Assembly (NCBI GenBank): GCA_963702095.1
Contig: OY969706.1
Span: forward strand, 96,001 to 160,000
Origin: Candidatus Bathyarchaeota archaeon
GTDB lineage: Archaea; Thermoproteota; Bathyarchaeia; Bathyarchaeales; Bathycorpusculaceae
DNA length: 64,000 bases
Reading direction: 5' to 3'
Shown here: positions 38,795 to 49,041 of the stretch, one piece after another
How the letters are laid out: every line of letters begins with the position of its first letter
Numbering within the stretch: position 1 is the stretch's first letter
Translations under genes and position numbers: made by a program
The notes under the pieces: generated by a model
Told to the model about the DNA's origin: nothing
Databases searched by the model: none
The model's input: the letters and a program-made list of their open reading frames with translations, nothing else

Positions 38795-41170
38795 ACTCAT
38801 TGTCCAACGCAAGAGTAGCCAAGTTTTAGAGTTCACCATAGCCAAAGCCACACCTGCACAGTTGGCGAAAATCAACAGTGAACTCGCATTGGGCTTTAGC
38901 GCAGAGGAACTATCCGTAATTCAAGCTTACTTCAAAAAAGAAGGACGCAACCCAACCGACGTCGAGTTGCAAACTATCAGCCAAAGCTGGAGTGAACACT
39001 GCTGCCACAAAACCTTCAAAGGCAAAGTAGAACTCGACGGCAAAACCATCAACAGCCTCTTCAAAACCTACCTTGCTAAAGCCACCAAACAAATCAAAGC
39101 GCCATGGTGCTTCAGCGTCTTTGAGGACAACGCTGGCATAGTCAAATTCGACAAAGGCTACGGCATCGCGGCGAAAGTGGAAACCCACAATCACCCCTCA
39201 GCAGTAGAGCCTTTCGGCGGCGCAGCAACAGGCACTGGCGGCGTCATCCGTGACATACTGGGTGTCTGGGCTGACCCCATCGCATGCACCGACGTCTTGG
39301 GCTTCGGACCCCTAGATTACGATTACGCTAAGCTGCCAGCAGGCATTAAGCACCCCAAATACGTCTACATGGGCGTCACCGCAGGCATCAGCGCGTATGG
39401 CAACAACATGGGCATCCCAACCGTCAACGGCGCCATATACTTTGACGAATCCTACACTGGCAACGTCATCGTTTACTGCGGTTGCATCGGGCTCTTACCG
39501 CTCAACAAGTATGTTAAAAACGCCAAAGTCGGCGATGTCATTGTCCTATCAGGCGGCAAAACTGGGCGAGACGGCATCCACGGCGTAACCTTCGCTTCGG
39601 CAGAGCTTACTGAGAAATCGGAGGAAATCTCGCGCCCGCTGTCCAAATCGCCGACCCCATTGAGGAGGAAAAGGTTAAACGGGCAGTTATTGAAATCCGC
39701 GACCGTCAACTTGGCTCAGCCATAACAGACATTGGCGGCGGGGGCCTCTCATCAGCCGTCGGCGAAACCGCGGAACGTTTCGGCTGTGGAGTGGCTGTTG
39801 ACTTGGCTAAAGTGCCCCTGAAATATCAGGGTTTGTCTCCTTGGGAAATTTACATTTCTGAATCGCAGGAGCGCATGCTTATGGCGGTGCCAGAGGAGAA
39901 TTTGGAACAGGTTATGGCAGTTTTTGAGAAAGAGGATGTGTTGGCAACTGCAATTGGCAAACTTATCCCTCAGAGGCGCCTGCAACTCAGCTATAATAGC
40001 GAGTTAGTCTGCGACGTTGACATGGATTTAATTTTTAACCTGTGCGAAAGCACCAAAACCGCATCTATCGAAACATCAAAACTCGTGGACCCCGAGTTTA
40101 AGGAGCCAGTTGACCTAACCCAAACCCTTCTGCAGCTGCTCGGTGCACCAAACATCGCCAGCAAGGAAGCAATCATCCGCACCTACGACCATGAAGTTAA
40201 AGGCAACACACTGCTAAAACCCCTGCAAGGCGACTACGCAGGACCCAACGACGCAGCTGTGCTAAAACCCCTTGATGATTCAATCAAAGGGTTGGTGATT
40301 AGCTGCGGCATGAACCCCAACTACGGCAAAATTGACCCTTACTGGATGGCGGCTTCAGCAATAGATGAGGCAATCCGCAATAACGTCGCTGTCGGCGGCA
40401 GAAGAATCGCACTTCTCGACAACTTCTGCTGGGGCAACCCAGAAAAACCAGAACGACTCGGCTCGCTGGTGCGTGCCTGTGAAGCCTGCTACGACTTCGC
40501 CACCACGTTTAAGGCGCCTTTTATCAGCGGCAAAGACAGCCTCTACAACGAATCCCCCCTCGGACCAGTCACGCCTACCTTGCTCATCACGGCGGTCGGC
40601 ATCAACCCCAACATCGAACACACCATCTCCGTTGACCTCAAAGAAGCCGACAACCCCATCTACATCGTGGGCAAAACTTACCCTGAACTCGGCGGCAGCG
40701 AATACTACAAACTCAAAGGCTACCTCGGCGCATCCGTCCCCGAAGTCCGAGGCGGCAAAGCCAAACGTACCTTCAAAGCAGTAACCAAAGCCATCGACAT
40801 GGGACTGGTGAAATCCTGTCACGACCTCTCTGAGGGCGGGTTGGCAGTGGCTGCGGCAGAAATGGCTTTTGCATCCGGTTTAGGTTTAGAGCTTGACCTT
40901 GAAAAGGTTCCTGGCAAAGACTTGACTCGAAACGACTATGTGTTGTTCTCGGAGTCTAACAGTCGTTTCCTAATAGAAGTCGCCGAAGCAGACAAAAAAG
41001 AATTCGAAAAACTCATGGCTGGTAAGGACTACGCGAAAATCGGCAAAGTAACCAAAGAACCCAAACTGCGTATAGTGGGCTTAGACGGCAAAGCTGTGGT
41101 GGATGCTCCGTTGGATAAGCTGCGGCGCAGCTGGAAGAGGACGCTTAACCCGGAGGAGGCAGAGCAATGA
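38784..41170 (+). CDS. purL: FGAM synthase subunit PurL (apparent 1 nt deletion near 39638)
   Basis: WSEHCCHK, ETHNHPS, GRDGIHG; continues in another frame as AVQIADP..SESQERM..HDLSEGG. Confidence 0.95.
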
Positions 41171-41985
41171 ACCTAAACGACATCAAAGTCTGCGTTATGC
41201 GCGTCGGCGGAACCAACTGCGACGCCGAAACCCAACGTGCGTTTACAGAACTCGGCGTCCAAGCGGAGACTTTGCAGGTCAGCGAATTAATCAAACACCA
41301 CAACCTCCTAGACTACAACGTGCTCGTGTTCCCCGGCGGCTTCTCTTACGGCGACTACGTCCGCTCAGGCGTTATTTTCGCAAGGCATTTGACAGCTAAT
41401 TTAGGCAAAGAAATCGAAAAATTCGTCGACGAAGGCCGCCCCATACTTGGCATATGCAACGGCTTCCAAATCCTCGTCGAATACGGTTTGCTGCCTGGAT
41501 TCAAAGGCATAAGCCCCGTTCCCGAAGCCACCTTGACCACTAATGAGCCCTCGGGTTTCAAATGCAAATGGGTCTACCTCAAACAGGAGAACCGCGGCAA
41601 CTGTGCCTTCACCACCGCCATCCTCAACGGCAAAGTTATCAGGCTTCCGATTGCACACGGCGAAGGACGCTTACTGTTTCCCAAAGAAAAGGAAGAAGTT
41701 GTCCTCAAGAAACTCGTTGACGAGGACATGCTGGTGTTTCGCTACTGCACCAAAGACGGCGAAGCAGCAAATGGAGCGTACCCCGCTAACCCCAACGGCA
41801 GCTTCCACGACATCGCAGGCATCTGTAACCCACAAGGCAACATCTTCGGTTTAATGCCCCATCCCGAACGGGCGTTGTACTGGTGGCAGCAGCCTGATTG
41901 GACACGGCAAACGCAGATGTTGCAGTATGGCGACGGCAAACTAATATTCCAAAGCATCATTGACAAACTAACCGGGACCTGTTAG
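41167..41985 (+). CDS. purQ: FGAM synthase glutaminase subunit PurQ
   Basis: GTNCD, PGGFSYGDY, GICNGFQ, MPHPER. Confidence 0.96.
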   Translation: MNLNDIKVCVMRVGGTNCDAETQRAFTELGVQAETLQVSELIKHHNLLDYNVLVFPGGFSYGDYVRSGVIFARHLTANLGKEIEKFVDEGRPILGICNGFQILVEYGLLPGFKGISPVPEATLTTNEPSGFKCKWVYLKQENRGNCAFTTAILNGKVIRLPIAHGEGRLLFPKEKEEVVLKKLVDEDMLVFRYCTKDGEAANGAYPANPNGSFHDIAGICNPQGNIFGLMPHPERALYWWQQPDWTRQTQMLQYGDGKLIFQSIIDKLTGTC

Positions 41986-42034
41986 AAAAGGTTAGCTGTA
42001 CATAATGGAAGCGGAATTTAAGGCGTTTTTAGCC

Positions 42035-42180
42035 TTTTTAGGTTTTGTTTAGTTGTTGTTGCTGGGAACTCCCTATACATAACAACAACCAAGGGCATTT
42101 AATGGCGGCTGTGTTTAATGTTTGGGGTTGGCAGCACGTTGCTGGCTGGTTGTGAACGTTACTACAAGCAGATTCTGAAA
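42035..42180 (-). repeat. Intergenic repeat family B, copy B2
   Basis: Reverse complement TTGGTTGTTGTTATGTATAGGG..CCCAGCAACAACAACTAAAC matches B1. Confidence 0.72.
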
Positions 42181-42281
42181 CTGGAATAGCTGTCCCGCAA
42201 GTGGAAAGGGCAATCAGACGGCGTGGTTGTGGCCTTGTAAACCCGCCTTAAAGAGAAAAGGGAACAGAATAGTCGAAGGTT

Positions 42282-42785
42282 TTAAGATATTTTCATAAAT
42301 TTAGCTTTGGGTGTTCCGCAGATTGGGCAGTTGTCCGGGGCGTCGCCTTCGAAGGTGTTGCCGCATACTGGGCACACGTGCAGTTCGGTTTTGGGGAGGT
42401 CTTTTTTGGTTTTGACTGCGTCGATGGCTTTCTGGTAGAGGTTAGCATGGATTTTTTCGACTTTGTTTGCATAGTCAAAACTTTGCAATGCAGCTTTGTT
42501 TCCGTCTTTTTTTGCCTCTTCGATGAATTGTGGGTACATTTTTGTGAACTCGTAGGTTTCGCCTGTTATGGCGGTGCTGAGGTTGTCGGCTGTGGTTTTG
42601 ACTTGTCCGAGGACTCTGAGGTGGTTGAGGGCATGTACGGTTTCTGCTTCAGCCGCTGCTTCGAAGAGTTTAGCGATATGTGGAAAGCCTTCTGCTTCTG
42701 CGGCACGCGCAAACGCGGTGTAGAGGCGGTTTGCTTGGGATTCGCCTGCAAACGCGGCTTTTAGGTTTTCTTCAGTTTTAGCCAT
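42282..42785 (-). CDS. rbr: Rubrerythrin
   Basis: AFAGESQA, E..HA, GETYE, EKIH, C-terminal CPVC/CPIC. Confidence 0.95.
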   Translation of the reverse strand: MAKTEENLKAAFAGESQANRLYTAFARAAEAEGFPHIAKLFEAAAEAETVHALNHLRVLGQVKTTADNLSTAITGETYEFTKMYPQFIEEAKKDGNKAALQSFDYANKVEKIHANLYQKAIDAVKTKKDLPKTELHVCPVCGNTFEGDAPDNCPICGTPKAKFMKIS

Positions 42786-42859
42786 AAATAAAATCACTAC
42801 AGTCTCTAAAGATAAACGGAGTTATAAGCACTAGCTTAACGTAGGGATGGTTGAGTACT

Positions 42860-43110
42860 ATGCGATTTTACTCTTTATGTGGGTGTGGCGTTTTATGGGG
42901 CACCACAAGACTGCAACAGTGGACGACTGCTTTTTGTGTTTGCGTTGTTTTTCTGCGTCTGTTTCGGTGTGGTAATACTGTTTTTCTCCACATCCCCTAC
43001 ATAGCTCTATGCAGAAGCCGTCGCTATGTGAGTGTGGAAGCATGTATTGTTTACTTTTTACAAGAATAATCAGTAAACTCCGTGGCAGCAGGCAAATCAG
43101 CGATTAGCTC
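42860..43110 (-). repeat. Intergenic repeat family A, copy A4
   Basis: Reverse complement ATACATGCTTCCACA..CTGCATAG-AG-CTATGTAG..CGCCACACCCACATAAAGAG. Confidence 0.82.
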
Positions 43111-43159
43111 CTTAAAGCAAAGTATATTAACTGTGTCCCATTTTTGGAATTAGTGATTT

Positions 43160-43807
43160 TTGGTGAAGTTTATGGAAAAAGTAAAAATGTTTACTCTACC
43201 CAAACTACCATACGACTACAACGCACTCGCACCCTACATTTCTGAGGAACAACTCAAACTACACCACGACAAACACCATCAAAAATACGTCAACGACGCC
43301 AACACATTATTTGTCCGAATAGATGAAGCAATGAAGGAGGGCTCACAAATTGATTACTGGGTGTCTTTTGGATACGTCAAAGCGCTCGCTAAAGAACTTG
43401 CCTTCAACATCGGCGGCCACATGCTCCACACCACCTACTGGGAAAACATGGCTCCAGCAGGCAAAGGCGGCGGAGGACAACCCGGCGGAGCAATCGCAGA
43501 CCTCATCAACAAAGAATACGGCAGCTTCGAGAACTTTAAAAAAGTCTTCTCTGCAACTGCAACAAGCGCAGAAGGTTCGGGTTGGGCGGCGCTGGCTGTT
43601 CACCCCTGCATCGCAAGACCGCTAATCATGCAGATAGAAAAGCACAACGTCAACGTCTTTCCCGACTTCCAAATAATTTTGGCACTCGACGTTTGGGAAC
43701 ACGCCTACTACTTGGACTACAGGAATGAGCGCCCGAAATTTGTGGAAGCTTTCTGGAACATCGTTAACTGGGACAAGGTCAACAGAAACTTAAGCCTCGT
43801 AAAATAA
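43160..43807 (+). CDS. sod: Fe/Mn superoxide dismutase
   Basis: LHHDKHH, GGH, DVWEHAYY. Confidence 0.96.
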   Translation: MVKFMEKVKMFTLPKLPYDYNALAPYISEEQLKLHHDKHHQKYVNDANTLFVRIDEAMKEGSQIDYWVSFGYVKALAKELAFNIGGHMLHTTYWENMAPAGKGGGGQPGGAIADLINKEYGSFENFKKVFSATATSAEGSGWAALAVHPCIARPLIMQIEKHNVNVFPDFQIILALDVWEHAYYLDYRNERPKFVEAFWNIVNWDKVNRNLSLVK

Positions 43808-43824
43808 CCAGTTTTCTTTTTTCT

Positions 43825-44484
43825 TTAAGTTGCGGTTTCCAGCTTCTTTAGCACTTCGCTTTGCCGTTTAGTGTATCTTGCAGTCACGCCTTTCTGCAGA
43901 TAAATCGACACTGCAGCGATGCTTTTTGTGGGGTCGTTGCGCATGATGATGGAGTAGAGGTGGAACAGTTTGATGCCCACGGGGTCTTTGGATATTTGTC
44001 CGCTGGTTAATTTGAGGGCAAGCGCTATGGCGTCGTTGATTGAGCCGCCCGCTGCAACCACCTTGATCTCGTCGAACTTTGCTAGACGCAGTAACGTTAT
44101 GGTGACGAGGCGTTCCATAGTTGAAGCTCTGCTGACACTGATAGTTTGCTCTCCAACGTCGGCGAGTTTCTTTTCTTCCTGTTCAGCAAGCGTTGAGTAA
44201 TCCCCCGCCTGTTTCTGCGACAGATGCGCAGAGATGACAGAGACTTTTCCATGTGTAGGTACCTGAACAGGGGCTATGTCTATGTCGTCAACGTAGACTT
44301 TCGCGATCTCCGTTGCCATGTTCATGGCGCTGCAGGCAAGAAACATCGAATCGTTTACGCCTACAACGTTGACTTCGCCCGTTTCCATGATACCTGAGAT
44401 TAAGGCTTCGACTACGTCTGTGATTTTGGCCTGGGCATCGGCTGACTGGAGAACTATGGTTTTGCCCACTGGCTGCTGACTCAT
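43825..44484 (-). CDS. Putative tandem double Alba-fold protein
   Basis: Two ~90 aa halves, each with Alba-like pattern (e.g. EIKVVAAGGSINDAI...AVSIYLQK). Confidence 0.6.
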   Translation of the reverse strand: MSQQPVGKTIVLQSADAQAKITDVVEALISGIMETGEVNVVGVNDSMFLACSAMNMATEIAKVYVDDIDIAPVQVPTHGKVSVISAHLSQKQAGDYSTLAEQEEKKLADVGEQTISVSRASTMERLVTITLLRLAKFDEIKVVAAGGSINDAIALALKLTSGQISKDPVGIKLFHLYSIIMRNDPTKSIAAVSIYLQKGVTARYTKRQSEVLKKLETAT

Positions 44485-44589
44485 AGCAGTCTACTGGGGC
44501 TCTGCAAATATAAAACACTTGCCGCTAAAACTGCCGTGTCTTTATCAGAAGACCAAAATTTTTAATTTTTTTGTTAGTTGGTTTCTCTC

Positions 44590-44775
44590 TTGTTTTTTGG
44601 TTGCCATCAGGGTCTATTCTTGTTTTAACATCAACCGGCATGTTTGGTCTTTGTTTTTATAGTGTTAGACGAAGAGAGATTGCCCCTTACTCATCATCTA
44701 CCTGCGGACTTGGCTGGCAACTGCTTTTTTGGCGTCAGAGCCTGAGGCGCTTTGCAGGATGGTTGTGGAACAAAC
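44590..44775 (-). repeat. Intergenic repeat family C, copy C2
   Basis: Homologous to 37165-37340; shares its 5' module with family B. Confidence 0.7.
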
Positions 44776-44807
44776 CACAAACAGATAAAAAAGAATTTGA
44801 TCTACTG

Positions 44808-45125
44808 TTATGGTGGGGGAGTGATTTTTATCGCTGCCGCGGGGCACTGCATTTCGCAGGCGAGGCACTGGATGCAGTCTTTTTCACGGGCGGGGTCAGC
44901 TTTGCGAGCAGAAAGCGGGTGACCAGAAACATCAACCATATCGTAGAGGGAAACGGGGCACACGTCAGCGCAGACTCCGTCTCCGACACAGCTGTCCCAG
45001 TCCACTGCAACGTTGGTTCCGTGGATTCCAAGTTTGGTTGGGGGTTCAACGGGTCCCCAAACTTTGTGTCCACTATGTTCGCTTACAGTTTGGCGTTTAG
45101 TTTGAAAATCAGGGTCAATAGGCAA
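44808..45125 (-). CDS. zfx: Zinc-containing-type dicluster ferredoxin
   Basis: GGTGA RBS, TTG start; PIDP..EHSGHKVWGPVEPP..LGIHGT extension; CxxDxxC..CP and CxxCxxC..CP. Confidence 0.85.
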   Translation of the reverse strand: MPIDPDFQTKRQTVSEHSGHKVWGPVEPPTKLGIHGTNVAVDWDSCVGDGVCADVCPVSLYDMVDVSGHPLSARKADPAREKDCIQCLACEMQCPAAAIKITPPP

Positions 45126-45213
45126 GAATAATTCACCACTTAACTGGGGTAGAGACAGGCATATTAGTGTTTCCACAAAGCATTTTGCCGACATGGTGTA
45201 ACCTATCTATTGA

Positions 45214-45996
45214 GTGCTTATGGTTCAATATTACATGCCCACTGGCATGCGTTACTCCACCTTAGAGGAGCGCCAAGAATTTTACACGGAAGAATTTAGC
45301 ATTGAGAAGGTGGCAGACTGGTTCGGCGACAGACTAGACAGAACAAGATTCGCAGTTATCATGGGTAGACATACAAACATTTTCTTGGAGAAGTACCGTG
45401 AAGACGCCGCCACCACCATAATAATCGATGAGTACAGAGACCTCAAAGACGTTCGGATGCAGATTTTGGATTTTCTTCCCGAAGCCGTCTACTACGACCG
45501 CAACATCTACGACGCACACGGCGAAAAGGTGGGGCAGGAACTTGCCTTCGACCTTGACCCTGAAAACGTCACTTGCCCAGTCCACGGCACCCTCGCCGAC
45601 AAAATGAAGCGACAACAGGGGTTGAGCTTCTGCGAGTTAGAACTCGACATCGTGCGAAAAGAAGCCATTGACCTCTACGAGTTTCTGGAGCAGCGGTTTT
45701 CGGAGTTGCGGGTTGTGTATTCGGGCAGAGGCTTCCACCTGCATGTTTTGGATAAAACTGCTTATGGGCTGAGACTTGAGGAGCGGTTGGCGTTGGCAAA
45801 AGAGGCTAAGCAAGCAGGATTTCACATCGACGAGTGGGTCACTTCAGGCGAGTACCGACTGATACGTTTGCCCTACAGCTTAAACGGGTTGGTTTCACGG
45901 ATGGTGTTGCCACTAAAAAAGGAAGAATTAGAGGGCTTCGACGCCGTCCACGACAGGCGCTGCATACCACGTTTTTTGGCAAAAGCTACTTTTTGA
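45214..45996 (+). CDS. Archaeo-eukaryotic primase (PriS-like) domain protein
   Basis: ELAFDLD (DxD), YSGRGFHLH, RLIRLPYSLN. Confidence 0.8.
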   Translation: MLMVQYYMPTGMRYSTLEERQEFYTEEFSIEKVADWFGDRLDRTRFAVIMGRHTNIFLEKYREDAATTIIIDEYRDLKDVRMQILDFLPEAVYYDRNIYDAHGEKVGQELAFDLDPENVTCPVHGTLADKMKRQQGLSFCELELDIVRKEAIDLYEFLEQRFSELRVVYSGRGFHLHVLDKTAYGLRLEERLALAKEAKQAGFHIDEWVTSGEYRLIRLPYSLNGLVSRMVLPLKKEELEGFDAVHDRRCIPRFLAKATF

Positions 45997-46081
45997 CTGC
46001 TTTGGCTTTCTTTTCGCCTTTACCGTAGTAATATGCTTGCTTTTTCTTCTGCTCTTCTGCTGAAACAGGTTTCTTAGACAA
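45986..46081 (-). CDS. Possible 31 aa basic microprotein
   Basis: TTG MSKKPVSAEEQKKKQAYYYGKGEKKAKAVKK*, GGGGA upstream. Confidence 0.4.
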   Translation of the reverse strand: MSKKPVSAEEQKKKQAYYYGKGEKKAKAVKK

Positions 46082-46202
46082 ACAGGTCCCCACTCAATAT
46101 TGGTTTGAGTGCTTAAAGATTTTATTCAAGCAAGCGTTTGCAATTGAAAGGTTTATTTGCTTAAATTCGCCATTTTACTGTAAATACTTTGAGGCTTACT
46201 TT

Positions 46203-47585
46203 ATGGAAGAATTTGACGTGTTGGTTATAGGTTCAGGTTCAGGTATGCTTGTTGCTTCAGCCGCGGTTGAAGCCGGCTACAAAGTCGCTTTGGTTGAGCA
46301 TGGACGCATGGGCGGCACCTGCATAAACGTGGGTTGCGTGCCCTCCAAAATGCTGATTTACCCCGCAGACGTCCTCACCACAATCAAGGAATCATGGAAA
46401 CTCGGCGTCAAAGCCACCGTAGACCAAGTGGATTTCCAAAACATCATGAACCGCATGCACGCCTTAGTCGACCATGACACGGGACAGCAAGCCGCCGCCG
46501 TCGAAGCCACCAAAGAAATGACGTGGTTTAAGGAGACAGGCGAATTCATCTCCGACTACACCATGCAAGTTGGCAGCCACACCATCAAAGCTAAAGTTAT
46601 CTTCATCGCTTCAGGAGCCCACACCGTCATCCCCCCAATCAGCGGCATCCAAACCGTCGACTACTTAACCAGTGACACCGTGCTGCAACTCAAAACACAG
46701 CCCAAAAGTATCATAATCATTGGCGGAGGCTACATCGGCATGGAATACGGCCACTTCTTCTCAGCCATCGGCACCCAAACCACCGTAATCCAGCGGTCTG
46801 ATCGCGTGCTGCCAGAGGAGGAGCCTGAGATTTCAGATTTGCTCAAAACAGAGTTGGGTAGGCGCGTCGACATCTATACGGGGTATGAAGCACTGGAAGT
46901 CAGTCAGGGAGGCACCATGAAAACACTCGTCGCCCAAAACCGTTTAGACGGCACAAAAAAAGCATTCACTGCCGAAGCCTTGATGGTTGCCACTGGCAGA
47001 GCCTCCAACGCCTATCTGTTGCACCCCGAAAAAACCGGGGTCAAACTCGACGACCACGGCTTCATCGCGGTCAACGAATATTTAGAAACCAGCAAAAAAC
47101 ACATCTACGCCTTCGGCGACGCCATCGGCAAACAGATGTTTAAGCACTCAGCCAACTATGAAGCAGGCATAGTTTGGCACAACAGCAGCCATGACCACAA
47201 GGCACCGATGGATTTCTCTGCTACCCCACATGGCGTTTTTACGCATCCCCAAATTGCCGCCGTCGGATTAAAAGAGCAAGAGGCAAAGCAGCACTATAAC
47301 ATCGTCGTGGGCAAAGCAGCCTACAGGGATACGGCGATGGGTGCAGCGATGGGGTTCCCCGAGGGGTTTGTGAAGGTTATCGTGGAGAAGGAAACCGGCA
47401 AGATTTTAGGCGCTCACATCATCGGCCCCGAAGCCTCGCTCCTCATACAGGAAATCACTAACGCCATGACCACCGGTAATGGCGACTACGGTCCAATCGC
47501 AATGGGCATGCATATCCACCCCGCATTAAACGAGGTGGTGCAGAACGCTTTTGGAAACCTTCATGAACCCGGACATGAGCACTAA
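46203..47585 (+). CDS. Dihydrolipoamide dehydrogenase-family flavoprotein disulfide reductase
   Basis: GSGSG, GGTCINVGCVPSK, GGGYIG, HPALNE. Confidence 0.92.
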   Translation: MEEFDVLVIGSGSGMLVASAAVEAGYKVALVEHGRMGGTCINVGCVPSKMLIYPADVLTTIKESWKLGVKATVDQVDFQNIMNRMHALVDHDTGQQAAAVEATKEMTWFKETGEFISDYTMQVGSHTIKAKVIFIASGAHTVIPPISGIQTVDYLTSDTVLQLKTQPKSIIIIGGGYIGMEYGHFFSAIGTQTTVIQRSDRVLPEEEPEISDLLKTELGRRVDIYTGYEALEVSQGGTMKTLVAQNRLDGTKKAFTAEALMVATGRASNAYLLHPEKTGVKLDDHGFIAVNEYLETSKKHIYAFGDAIGKQMFKHSANYEAGIVWHNSSHDHKAPMDFSATPHGVFTHPQIAAVGLKEQEAKQHYNIVVGKAAYRDTAMGAAMGFPEGFVKVIVEKETGKILGAHIIGPEASLLIQEITNAMTTGNGDYGPIAMGMHIHPALNEVVQNAFGNLHEPGHEH

Positions 47586-47736
47586 GCACTTGCTGCATAC
47601 GTGGCTTCCAACATGATAGCGCAAAGGATGAGTACAGCATAGCAAGAAAACCATATTCTTTTAGGCGTTTTTACGCACAAAAAGTTATTAGCCCCGCATA
47701 ACGAATAGTTGAGTGTATTTGTAACGGTGCTCGTTA

Positions 47737-48606
47737 GTGTCGTTTGAAATCCAAGAATTACCCGATGTTATCCGCGTTATTGTTCTACTCAACCTCAAAA
47801 AAGGCGCTAGAGTCAAACTTTCCACTCTAAAAAACCGCATTGACCGCGTCTGCGCGGCCTACGCCTGCATTGAAATGAATGAGCTTGACAAGGCGCTCAA
47901 AGAAATGACGGCTGAAGGCCTCATAGCTGAAAGAGAAGAGACGGTGCAGTTGACGGCGCAGGGGCTGAGGCTTAAAAAAGAATGGGAAAGTCTTCTGCTA
48001 AAAAAAGAGCCTATCATGGAGATCGTGGCGGGCTTAGTAGACGGCTCCATAACCAGCCTAGTGGTTATTCTCTCCGCTTTCATCTCCACTTTAACGGCGG
48101 CCACCACGCTTTTGGGTAACCCAAAAACACTCATATTCGCCGCGCTCCTCACGCTTAGCGCAGTAGCCATCACCAACTTCTCCAGCTTCCTCTTAGGCGG
48201 TATCACCGCAGATTTAGCTGACATAATGACACTTCAGAACCTCATGAACTACAGCCTAAGCGACATACCCGACAAAAAAGAACGCGACAAATCGCTGCTG
48301 CTGGTCCAGAAACTCTTTACGTTGCTGGGTAAAGAGATTCATCGATCCAACATTTACGGAGCCATAATTTCAGGCGTTACAACTTTTGTGGCGGGAATTA
48401 TACCCATAGCAACCTATTTGGTGCTGGTGGATTATTACCCTCTTAACCTAATCCTCTCACTCATTGAAGTCACACTTATAGTGGGCATTTTCCTTGTGCG
48501 GTATCGCTCCAAAAAAACCCGCATCAACTGGAAAGTAACTCTTGCCGAAACCCTAGCAATCGTTGTCATAGCTACGGTGGTTTCACTACTGCTCGGAGCC
48601 ATTTAG
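47737..48606 (+). CDS. wHTH fused to VIT1/CCC1-like membrane domain
   Basis: N-terminal ..EGLI..V.LTAQG wing; EIVAGLVDGSIT VIT1-like TM1 motif; 5 TMs. Confidence 0.6.
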   Translation: MSFEIQELPDVIRVIVLLNLKKGARVKLSTLKNRIDRVCAAYACIEMNELDKALKEMTAEGLIAEREETVQLTAQGLRLKKEWESLLLKKEPIMEIVAGLVDGSITSLVVILSAFISTLTAATTLLGNPKTLIFAALLTLSAVAITNFSSFLLGGITADLADIMTLQNLMNYSLSDIPDKKERDKSLLLVQKLFTLLGKEIHRSNIYGAIISGVTTFVAGIIPIATYLVLVDYYPLNLILSLIEVTLIVGIFLVRYRSKKTRINWKVTLAETLAIVVIATVVSLLLGAI

Positions 48607-49038
48607 GTGCGGTAGATGCCGATGCAGATGCTCAGCCATCATGCACTTATCCATAACCACAACTAACCCCGCCTGCCGTGCTGCTTCAGCCGCAGCCTCG
48701 TTTACGATGTGTAGCTGCATCCAAACCACAAAGGGACGCCCAACCTTGCGCTTGAGCTCTATAGATTGCTCCACAATCGGCGGCACATCCTCCGATTTCC
48801 TAAAAATATCCACGACATCAATGGTCTTCTGGATTTTCTCAGGGATATCTAGTAGGCTTGGGTAGCTTTTTTCGCCGAACAGCTTGTCTATGTTGGGGTT
48901 GACTGGGATGATTTGGTAGCCGTGTTGTTTGAGGTATGCGGTGACGCGGTGGCTGGGTTTACCGATTTGGTCTGATGCCCCCACAACGGCAATTACCCTG
49001 TATTTTTCGAGGATATCCTTGATTTCGGCTTCACTCAT
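48586..49038 (-). CDS. CoA-binding protein (YccU-like)
   Basis: IAVVGAS, IPVNP, DVVDIFR, VWMQ, MDKC. Confidence 0.9.
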   Translation of the reverse strand: MSEAEIKDILEKYRVIAVVGASDQIGKPSHRVTAYLKQHGYQIIPVNPNIDKLFGEKSYPSLLDIPEKIQKTIDVVDIFRKSEDVPPIVEQSIELKRKVGRPFVVWMQLHIVNEAAAEAARQAGLVVVMDKCMMAEHLHRHLPHLNGSEQ

Positions 49039-49041
49039 GTT

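Noticed and set aside
39630-39800. purL as a pseudogene or naturally split gene
   Set aside because: A one-base deletion in a C-run with fully conserved sequence on both sides in an intact pur operon; most likely a sequencing error.
45214-45996. Primase-like gene as the replicase of a mobile element
   Set aside because: It is flanked by housekeeping genes with no att sites, helicase or integrase, and lies 23 kb from the integrated element.
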